From positions 82,631,194 through 82,695,193 of the forward strand of contig NC_058132.1 of NCBI RefSeq assembly GCF_016433145.1: a stretch of 64,000 nt of DNA, read 5' to 3'. The translations under genes and the position numbers were made by a program. The DNA is from Gracilinanus agilis (Eukaryota). Positions 13,190 through 25,159 of the stretch are shown here, one piece after another (the stretch's first letter is position 1; each line of letters starts with the position of its first letter). The notes below the pieces were generated by a model that did not search any database, had not been told where the DNA came from, and saw only the letters and a program-made list of their open reading frames with translations.

Positions 13190-13300
13190 CTATACCAACT
13201 AAAGCAGGGAGTCCCAGCTTACTCCTTTCCTATGAGAGGGTCAAATCTTGAGGCTGGGGATTTTTTTGTGACATCATTTATTCACTCATTCAGTGACTCA

Positions 13301-13717
<417 letters not shown>

Positions 13718-14009
13718 TTAAGCTAGCCTGACTCACAAAAGGTTTCATCAAATCACAGTCTCAGAAACTCTGGAGAAGTCTAGTTGAACCTCTAGCTCAG
13801 TTTAAGTATTCCCTCTTGGGTCTCCCCTAGGGCTTTAAAGTTAAAATGAACATGGCTTGTTGGGGCTGGTTAATTCCTGGCATTCCAGACTCTGTAGTCT
13901 GCCTCCCACCTTCATTTCCTGACTTAATTCATTGTACTCCCTGCTCCATGTACACAGGGCCATCCCTTTAGCAGGTGTTTAAAAAATATTTATTGAAGAT
14001 GAAAGAGCA

Positions 14010-14280
14010 ATATGCAAGAAGAGCTACAAAGCCAGTCACACCTCGCCACCCACGATTCCCTTGCTGGGCCTCTATCCCAAAAACAACATCAAAATTTTGG
14101 AAAAGGACCTTTTGGTACAAAGACATTTATGGCTACTGTTTGCACAGCAAAGAAAACCATCTATTTGTCCAGCAAGTGGAGACTGGCTGACTACCCTGAA
14201 GCCTGTTAACATAATGGAATATAAAAACATGTATGGTATATCGGAGACTTGGTCTCAGAATAAGGAAGAATTGAGTTCAA
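14010..14280 (+). mobile_element. Decayed L1 ORF2 C-terminal fragment
   Basis: Remnant peptides IPLLGLYPK, TKTFMATV, CPASGDWL and IMEY typical of the L1 ORF2 C-terminus. Confidence 0.65.
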
Positions 14281-14847
14281 GGCCGACCTCTGACACACAG
14301 TGGCTGGATAGCCCTGGATAAGCCATTTCCTTCAGATGTGTCCCTAAACACATTCTTGAAGAAATTACAAAGGGCTCACTGCAAAGCTTCAGAGAGCTAC
14401 ACACTAGGATCTTTTACTAGATACTGGTCCATAAAAAAAAAGGGAGACACATTTTGCAGACAGGGAGATATGGAAAGAGCTCTATGAAGCAGTTGGGAAT
14501 TGTATAGTTCATGTTTCCCAAGGGCTGGAAAAGAGAAACAGAACCAGAGCTGGGGGAACTTCAGGCAAGTCTGGAGAGGACAAGAAGAGCAAAAGCATCC
14601 TCTTTGGCTGGTTCTGTCTAGTAAAGGCCAAGAATTTGAGGAAGATTCCTGGTTTTGTATTTTTATTCGAGTGATTGATTTCCTGGATGGCTGTCTGTAA
14701 TTTTTTTTCAGGGTTGAATTAGAGTGAATGGTTCAAAGTGGGGGAAGGGACATGAAAGGATAGGGTTTGGCATAAGCCTCTCCCCATCACTAAGAAACCC
14801 AGCACTCTTAGGATGTGAACACTGCACCATAAGCTTTGTATGGGTTG

Positions 14848-15020
14848 TTTTTTTTTAAACCCTTACTTTCTTAATAACAACTCCAAGACAGAAGGGCAAG
14901 GGCTAGGCAATCAGGGTTAAGTGACTACCCTAGAGGTCACATATCTGAGGCCAAATTTAAAACTAGATCCTCTCAACTCCAGGTCCAGTGAACCACCACT
15001 GAGCCACTCAGTTGCCCCTG
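14848..15020 (-). mobile_element. SINE1, older copy
   Basis: Reverse of the SINE1 head and core with a T-rich tail. Confidence 0.75.
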
Positions 15021-15620
15021 AAGATGAGGGATTAGAGAAGGAGAGCTGGTCCTCTCATCAGGATCTCTGGCAACAAGCTCTCTGCTGCCCCTGCTGGGAG
15101 ATGAGCTGGGGTGAGGGCATGCTACTGCAGACTGGAAAACATCTGGAAAGAAGAGCCAGACTGCTCCCCCTCTAGGTCTGGTTGGCTCCTGGCCAGTTTT
15201 GAGGGAAAAAGATGTCTTCCAAATTGATTGCTTTGCCCTGGCTTTGAAGATACTGTGTATCAAGTGGGTGTGGCAGTGGGGAAGGGTCTCATCTCCCTTA
15301 CATAGAGGCAGCCAAGACAGAGAGGAAAGGACTTTCGATTTGGTATCAGAGGAGCCAGGTTTTTATCCTGGCTCTGCCACTCCCGGGCAAGTCACATCCC
15401 TCTGATGCACCTCAGTCTCTTCATTTGTCAAATGGAAAAAAGAAAAAAAAAAAAGACATACTACCTACTCCACAAAGGGACATTTATATGATTTGGAAGT
15501 TAATGTCTATAAACTTGGGGATTTCCCCCAGAGGACCTTTGTTTCCCTGAGTTGGAGCTCCCCCAGGTCTGGAATCAATTCTTCCCTCATTTTCCCCAGT
15601 GGCTATTGGCAGGGGGTCTA

Positions 15621-16652
<1,032 letters not shown>

Positions 16653-17793
16653 CTATTCCCCTCATATACCAGGGCACCAAGGCATCCAGCAAGAGCCTCT
16701 GTGGCCCCAGGACTAGGAGTCCAGCACATTCCTTGACTCAGGCTGGGCATCCCTAGGCGTCATCTAATATCTCCACACTCCTGAGCCCAGGCAAGGGAGC
16801 CCTTTCTTTCATTAGACTCTTTTTATGCAATGGGAGATAATGTGCTGCAAAGGGGAGGACGGGAGGTATTCAGTCTCCTTCCATAACCCCTTTTAGTATT
16901 TCCCCACCTTCCTTATTAGAAAGGATTTTCTGTTGTCCAATTCTGATGCCAAAAACCAGAGCTGGAAAGGGTCTGGCACCTAGCACTTGCAATGCCCTGC
17001 CTCCATGCTTATGTATTGAAGGTCCTTTTGAATATACTTCCTTTGGAAAATTGTCTCATCCTTTCCCTCAACCTTGGGTGGGGGGGAGGGGGGGGAAGCG
17101 GCTCTTGTGTCTCCATGATCCGCCTGTCAAAACATTTCCCCTCACACTTCACCTAAACACCTCCTCTGCTGCAGTGTGAGCCCTTGACTCCCATCCTTCT
17201 CTCAGTTGCCATGGCAAACAAGCATTGGCTGCTCTCCCCCCTCTTTCCCTCACCCCACACACGAACCACCCTTCCCAGCACTGCAGGCTGCTGCTCTTCT
17301 GTCCCCACGCCACCCTCCTCTAGCTGAGCTCAACCCCTCACCAGCTCCCACTTTCCAGCATTCTGGGGTGAATATGAAGAACCCCTTCGCACCTTTCCCT
17401 ATGGGCTCCGCCATCTTCTTCAAAGCCCACTGTCAGAGTATAGGGGAAAACTCCTCAGGATTGTGAGTAGAATACACTAGTTACTATCTGCTGATAGCAC
17501 CCTGTGAGTCAGCCCCCATCTGCCAGGGACACCCAGAGTGAGTGCCTCCAGTACCCTTCTCTGGCTCCTGGCTCTCCCCGCCCCACCCCCAGCCCTATAG
17601 AGAAGAGCTATTCACCTGTACCTGCATCCTAACCAGCTCTTCTCACCCTAATTCCCTACAAGGGCATCCAGAATATCACCCAAATGGATTTCTAGAACTT
17701 CTGATTCTTAGCCACATCACCCAAGGAAAGAACCAGCCTCATTTTGGTATGTCAACCTACTCAGCAGGTCCCATAGCCCCTTCCCTCCCCTCA

Positions 17794-18090
<297 letters not shown>

Positions 18091-19006
18091 TCACCTCATG
18101 TATGGGGGCACCTCTCTAGGAGATGAAGTGAAAAATGTCAGTGATGGGGAGATTAAGTCCCTGGCCCAAGGTCATCTACAAAAGAGGGGTAAGGGGGAAG
18201 AGGAAGCTGGGGGGCAGATTCAAGCATTTTGCCCAAAAGCCTAGCAATCCTTCTTCCACTCCTTCTCTCTTTCCCCATGGCTTGACAGGGGGGCCTCTGG
18301 CCTAGAGAACCTCAAGACACCCCCAATACATATACACCTCAGACTTTCCCCCAAATGCTAACACGGAGGGGAGAAGAGGAAGGGTGGATATGGGAAGGAG
18401 TGGTGAAGACAAAACATTAGAGGATGGAAACATAGCTGATGCTTAATTATACATGCACTGGGAGAAAGGAGCAGCCACTGATGAAGAAGCCAAAAAGGAG
18501 AGCCCCTTCCCCAATCTCCTGGCAGCCTGCCTGATTGTATATTGGGGCAGGGAAATGCTGTGAAAGTCTTCAAATTTGCATTCAGCCCCCCAGCATTGGC
18601 TGGGAGGCAAGTAGAGTAGAGCCTGCGTGATACCTAGGACCCCACCCCCTCTTCAGTCCTGGGCTACCTTCTCCCCTTCTCCTTCTCCTTTCCACCCCCC
18701 CCCCCCACCCCCACCCCCCATTCCTGCTAGCAAGTGAGCAACAGCAGGATTAACCATTAAGGTTCACCTCCTCTGCCTTCCCACGCCAGCCAGCTTGCGG
18801 ATGCAGGTGTCATTGAGCAGAGAGCTGGCGAAGAGGTAGAGGGAGGAGAAGCCTGGAAGGACCACAAACTGTCCTGGTCCCACCGCCCCCCACCCCAAAA
18901 AAGAGATGATCTGCAAAGTGGATAATTGAAGATGGGCTGCTGGGTGGGGGTAAGGAGAGAAAGGGGGCGGGGGCCGTCGGGGATGGGGAGTCCCGGCGGT
19001 CGCCAC

Positions 19007-19310
19007 CTGTCTCGCCGAAGCCAGGTCACAACACGACACTGATGAAGTCACGACAGAGCAGCATGATGAAGCCACACTTCACGATGACCTGAGGTGATGT
19101 CACGAAGGAAGGCACGACGAGGTCACAGCAAGATCACGACATGGGACAACCCCAAAGATGGCATGACCAAAAAAAAATTAAGGCGGAAAGAAGAGAGGAC
19201 GGAAATGCGACGAGATGCTATCACGACCGGGCACGGTGATATCACGATATGAAGCTGTGATGTCGCGATATGACCCCCGAGATGTCACGACACAAGTCAG
19301 CGACTGCTCT
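19007..19310 (-). other. NCDN: NCDN upstream 5' UTR exon, homologous to the human exon encoding MSCCDLAAAGQ but non-coding here
   Basis: GTG TCG TGT TGT GAC CTG GCT TCG GCG AGA CAG|GTGGCG; 3' boundary by homology, 5' boundary uncertain. Confidence 0.7.
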
Positions 19311-19829
19311 GAGAGGTCCCTTCCAAGGATGCAGACGCGGGCCCAAAGTGGGGGGCTGTGCTCACCCGGGTGGGGCCGCGAACCAAGGAGACGTCCCCAA
19401 ACGAAATGCAGCCGGAGCCTTCACTGGTGCTCACACCGTGTTGCACACTCCGTGTTCCTGCTGCGGCAGCTCCACCCCCACCCCCGCATACATCCTGGCC
19501 AATCAGAGGCCGATTCACTCCTGTCCTTGACCAATGGCCTTTCAGAGCGTTGAGCAGTAGGGGACGCCCCCGCTCCCGCCATTTTCCTTGTGGGCACTGC
19601 CCCACTTTGCTCCCAACGGCTATTAAGAGGGGAAAGCGATGGCGGCAGCTATCTCGGAAGTGCAGGGAAAAAGTGGTTTCCCTCTCTTTGGCCCAGTATC
19701 GCTCTTTCTTGGGGTCTCGCTGCCCCTTCCCCACCCCCCTTATCCCATCCCCTCCTCCATCATGGACCTGGCACTCAAATTGCCCTTCCGGGGGGGGGGA
19801 GGTGGCAGAAAGAAAATTACTTCCGGGTG

Positions 19830-20141
19830 GAGGCCCCGGCCACATCCGGCGGTCGCTGTCCCTCCGGGTAGGCTGAGGTAGGAAGGAGGCACCTACCCCA
19901 GGGAACTGAGGCGGGCACCGGCCGTACGGTATTAGGGAGCCGAGGGTCGGAGCGAACGGAGAGGGAGGAGGGAAATCGATCCTTCTGCTCCCTTGAGGCC
20001 ACCTGTCCATCGTGTGGCCCCGGCTCAACCCGGCCCGGCCCATTCCAGGCTGGTCCCAAGGCCCAGCTTCCACCTCCCCCATGGAGCCGGAGGAGGAGGA
20101 GGCCGAGACTCGCCGTGGAGCCGCCTGGCCCTGAGCCCCGG
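19830..20141 (+). other. KIAA0319L: KIAA0319L non-coding first exon(s); candidate donors after 19877 and 20141
   Basis: GAG|GTAGGA and CGG|GTAGGT donors downstream of the ETS site; TSS not determinable from sequence alone. Confidence 0.5.
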
Positions 20142-22942
20142 GTAGGTGGGAGGGGGAGGAAGGGTCGGCTCCACCCCCAGACCCTGGCTCCTGGCCTAGG
20201 ACCCAGGTCTCCCAGCCCTGGGTTAATCAGCCCTTCCCCCGCAAAGGTTTCCGGCTTGGCATTTTAAAATAGAAGCTCTCTGAGGGCAGGAACCGTTTCA
20301 TTTTCTTCTTTGGGACCCCCCCCCCCTTACCTCTTTCCCCCGCCACCCCCAGTACCCAAGCCTCTACTTGGCAGATGATAGGTGCTCAATAAATGCTTGT
20401 CGAAAGTTGAATGAGCCCTATTGGGTAGTCCAGTCTCACGTTAGCTTGACTAGAGCTACTCACAGCAAAGACATATACCAAGAGGCCCTAGTATTCGGCT
20501 ATGTAGGGATGGGACAGAAAAGGTTACCTGTATGTGTGTTGCTTTCTTTTGACCCCTTCTTCCTTCCTCGGTCTTGTTCTGTGGTCAGTGTCTTCTGCTG
20601 TTTATCAGAAGAGTCCTATGATGTTTGAGGTTTTTTTTTTGTTTTGTTTTGTTTTTTCCAAATCTTAAAATGATTAAGAGAGAGGAAGAAAGGTGCTATT
20701 CAGATTTTGCAATCACGTTAAAGAAGGGAGGTGGTGGAAGCGGAGGATTGGTGGTCATCCGAAAGCTGAGTGATGCAGGGTTTTGAAGATTTCCTAATCA
20801 ACACAAAATAAATCATGCTGTGCTGCATACATGAGAATAGGAAGAATTATAGTAAAATTGCAGGGGTAAAAGAGCCTACATTTCAAATTGGAAAAGGAAT
20901 AAAAAGAATCCTTGTCTGTAGCTTATCTCTGGACCCTTATCCACCAACAGGCTTGTACAAAGTTAGTCATGTTAAAATCTGTGAAAAGCATAAGCTATTG
21001 ACTTTTCCTACTATTCCTTCTGTGATTAGGGGACTAGCTACTAAAGAGCAAATTGGAATGCGACCTCTCAGAACAATCTGTTCGTTTTTCAAGCTATTTG
21101 GAAAACAATGTGTGCAAATATAAGCAAAACTATTCACGACAGTCTGTTCTGTAACTTTCCAAAATATCTTTGAGCTGTGCGGTGGTGGTAGGGTTTTTTT
21201 GTTGTTGTTCTGAGGGCTTTATTCTTGATTACTAGTACCAGCTGAATAGGCTGTTTCAAGCATGATTTGCCCTTCAAACATATCTTATCGCTGAGTACAT
21301 AAATGGAGTTCCACGTATGAAGCTGACAGACTGAACTATGATACATCCTCCATCAACCTGAAGTATTAAGCAAACATTACCCCCTGCTCCTTCTGAACAG
21401 CTGCGACAACAGAGTGCTTTTATTTTGGGTGTACTTGTAATGCCCTAAATGCTTACTGGGTTCCACGTGTGGGGGTATGCCTTTTCTCCCCAGGTTATTA
21501 CCCTTTGAATTCTTTTAATAATTATTCTTTTATGCCTTGCTAGCCTGCTTTATAATTTCTGCTATTGGCCAAAAAGTTCTTCATTGTATCCTAGTAACAA
21601 TTTCTATCTTTTGGCTCAGTTGTAGATTTTAGAGGAAGGTCTTATTTGGTATTTAAGTGTAATTAGCCATTGTGCCTCTTTTAGTTTCATTGTGTGAAAT
21701 GTTTAGCCTCTAACCACCTTTGGCAACCTGGTGGCATTAATTACTCCTGTTTTTCTGCTTTGAAGACTTCATTTTCACAATGCCCACATGCACCTTCCTC
21801 TCAAGGTACTGTTGATAGGTATTGAGTCATCCATTAAGAGAAGAATTTTTTTTGATGGGCTTGTGTGGGTAATTTAATTCAACAAGTAACAAGCATTTAT
21901 AAGGTACCTAGTGGGTGTCGAGCTATGCAAGGTTCTGGGATCCAAGAAAAAAAGTAAACAATCCCCGCTCTCAAGGAACTTATATTCTTTTTGAAGGAAC
22001 AACATCTGTATAGAAAATTAAATACAGATTATCTACAGTTTATGGTTAGAAGGGCCTTAAAAAATGAGGACAATCAGGATAGGCTTTCTGTAGGAAAAGA
22101 TTGATAAATTATATAGACACCCTTTACATCCTAAGTTGGTAGTTTTATCATGATGTTTTCTATGGCTCTCCATTAAATCTGATAGGACAGATAAGTTATT
22201 GGGTCTAGTTTTTTGAATTCTCAGGTATCATTTCCCTGGCTTTTTTACTCATCACTAGCCAAGATCACATTTGGAGATTCACTGGTAGCAAAGGATTGAA
22301 TGAAAGTGTCTAGCTTCTTGGGATGCCTAGTAGTTAGTGAAAATCTGCCTTGGGGTGGCTGTAACTTAGTTCTGTAGCACCATGAATCTTTCTTCACTGG
22401 TACTAGCCAGCACAGATAGCAAAGTGATGACAGTCTCCCTGTGTGCTTAGCACATTTGCTAAGCTTAGTGATGTTTGGGTTTGCCAACCTGTGCTGCTTG
22501 CCAGGCTGAGTTGACAGCTGCACATTTGGAAAAAATTTGAATGCTTCTTCAGAACTCATTAAAGCCTCATAATATTACTAAGATGTTTTTCTTTTTAAAA
22601 ATAATGAATACAAAGATGTAAGGAAGATGTGTGGGTAGAGAAGGGCTCATGAAAGGAAAGGACAAAGGTGCTGATTTACTATTAAACAGTGACTGGAAAG
22701 TAATTAGGTGTGAAATGCCTACCTATTATGATGGCTCCACTTCATATTCCTTGCTGTGTTGTTATCCTGGTAATTAAAGTTTTAAATTTTATTGGAAGAA
22801 ATAAATTGGAAAGGCAGACCTGGAATCTGTCATACCTTTTTCCCTAGTTCATTTTTTTAAGAAACAAATTATCATTTACTTGACAGTTAATTTCTCTTCT
22901 TTGTGTCTTTCCAGAGTCCTAGTTCTTCTTGTCGTAAAGACT

Positions 22943-23084
22943 ATGGAGAAGAAGTTGAAAGTCGAATTGGATATTGGTTCCTGGATTTTATCAAGAAGAT
23001 ATTGGCAAAGACCTGAAAACGGGTTGAAAAGCCTGCATCTATTTTATGCATGTCTTTGTCTCAATGCTTTATGTTCATCAACAG
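22943..23084 (+). CDS. KIAA0319L: KIAA0319L/AAVR exon 2 coding part (MEKKLKVELDIGSWILS...LCSST); the exon starts at 22915
   Basis: Acceptor ttgtgtctttccag|AGT; ACTATGG Kozak; donor ACAG|GTACGA; 142 nt; aligns with the recalled human MEKRLGV...SWILS...LYLFY. Confidence 0.93.
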
Positions 23085-23364
23085 GTACGAATTTTTCTAG
23101 TGGTTTCATGGTAAAATGAATAGTTTTCATTTATGAATTCTTAGATCCATATTAAAGGGTGGCTGAGTTAGAAAATGAAAAGTGAAATAGTTTGCTGGTT
23201 AATAAGTGACCAGAGCCGAAAGGGTGATCCTCCTAATTATTTAGGTTTTTTTTGCTTGCCTAAGAAACAAATTTAATTCTTAGTTAGGTAAATTGGTTTT
23301 ATTATTTTAAGATGGTTACCAAACTCAGTTCTTATCTCAGTCTTTCAGTCAGGGGCCATTTTTT

Positions 23365-23800
23365 TATAAGCTGACTATGTACCAGGCATTTTGCTAAGTG
23401 CATGAGATATCAAAAAAGCAAAAAAAAGAAATAATCCTTACATTCAAGAAGCTCAGTCTAACAGGGGAGACAACATGCAAAAAACTATGTACAAACAAGA
23501 TCTGTACAGGATAAATTAGAGATGGTCTCAGAAGAAAGACACTAAGAATAAGGAGAAATAGAAAAGGCTTATTGCAGAAGGTGAGATTTAACTAAGACTT
23601 GAAGGAGGTCAAAGAAGCTAGGAGAGGGAGATCTAGGTGGTGGTATGTCAATGAAAATACTTAGAGCTGGGAGATTAAGTGTCTTATGCAAGGAATAGCA
23701 AAGAAGCCAGTGTTGAAGAATATATGGAGGGGAGTGAGATGTAAGAACCTTGAAAAGGCAGAAAGAGGCTGAGTTATGATGGACTTTGAAATCCAGACAG
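23365..23800 (-). mobile_element. L2 LINE 3' fragment
   Basis: Reverse L2 terminus (...ctatgtaccaggcattttgctaagtg...). Further L2 pieces occur near 4165-4290, 21880-22100, 29430-29620 and 30170-30590. Confidence 0.7.
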
Positions 23801-24649
23801 ATTACCCATCACTGGTATAATATATCCTTTGGCTTTCTTATAGAAAGTTTCCCATTTGGAGGGTTTCATAAGATGTTCTTACTTATTGAATATCATTTTA
23901 CCAATTGAGAGCTTCCTCCTGGCAAACAATACAGAGAAGGCTTAGTTTCAGAGGGAAATACTGCTTCTTTCTTTCTACTGTTTATTTTATTGACAGCGTT
24001 TTGTTGGGGTGGATAAAATGTAGAATTTACGAAAGAAACTTTTAGCTTAGGAAACTTGACCATGTCTATAGTCTCAAATTTGACCTTTTGAAGTTGGAGA
24101 TCAATGCTGAGGTTTTAATACAAAAATCTAAAACAATTGATATTTATTGTTAATACTATAATTATAGAGTTTTCTATTGCATTTTTAAGGAAATGATGGT
24201 GGTTATGGTGATATTGAGAAACAAATAATTACAGTATTTAACAGTTTTCATCACATCACCTTTCTGTTTGTTACTCTGTTAATGCTTGCATAATTTTAGT
24301 GGAGGAAATTTCAGTTGACATAAACCTGACCTAAACAAATTTTTCCTCTCATTGTTGCTTTGCTGGGATAGCTGACTATTTCCAGGGAAGCATCTTAAGG
24401 GAGAATTAAATGAATTCAGCACCAAAGAAAAAATCTCATTTCCCTCAAACTATGCTAGACAACATATTGTCAAAGAAATTTGGAAATAGATGGAGTACTA
24501 AGAAGTAAAAAAAAAAAAAAAGCTCTTCTTTATTCCTCACCATCTAGTGCTGGATGACATATGACAGTGTACTTTGAGGATCAAATGTTAAAAAAAAAAA
24601 AACAGATAAAACTTTAGTTAACATTAAAGGGTTATATAAATTTATGAGA

Positions 24650-24910
24650 CCTGGAGGTGGCACATTGTACACTGGGCCTGAAGTCAAGAAGACCTGAGTT
24701 CAAATTCTATCTCAGACACTTCCTAGCCATATCACACTGGAAAATTTACTTAACCTCTGCTGCCTGAGTTTTTTATCTGTAAAATGAGGATAATAAATCA
24801 CCTCCCTCCCAAGATTGTTGTGAGTATCAAATGAGATGATATTTATATAAAATGCTTAGCAAAGTGCCTGGCATGTAGTAGGTGCTATATAGATGCTAGC
24901 TATCATTAGT
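24650..24910 (+). mobile_element. MIR/CORE-SINE
   Basis: gacctgagttcaaat...cctgagttttttatctgtaaaatgaggataata CORE. Other MIR remnants near 5460, 6170, 7520, 15340, 29640, 32990, 42290 and 47630. Confidence 0.75.
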
Positions 24911-25159
24911 ATTACTATTAAAATGCTAGCTATTATTATATATACTCAACTTATCTCCTCAACGGTTGGGCAGATTTTTCCTTTATCGTCTATCCTATAC
25001 AGATACTAGAAGAACAGTGGACATATAGAAGGTGCCTATTAGTTATTTTATTGGTGAAGAAGGTACAAAAGTGATGTTAAGTCAGAAGTAATTATAGAAA
25101 GTATCAGGATAATAGCTACATACATTTTTAATGTATTCTGAATTTAAACACTATAAAAT

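Larger units (their letters stand above)
18960..20260. promoter_or_regulatory. CpG-island bidirectional promoter of NCDN and KIAA0319L
   Basis: Head-to-head genes. Two CCAAT boxes 32 bp apart (19499, 19531), YY1-type CCGCCATTTT (19576-19585) and ETS-type ACTTCCGG (19819-19826). Confidence 0.85.

Noticed and set aside
19297-20082. 261-aa ATG-initiated ORF across the bidirectional promoter
   Set aside because: Stop codons are rare in CpG islands; no recognisable homology, and it would span both promoters. Only ribosome profiling could rescue it.
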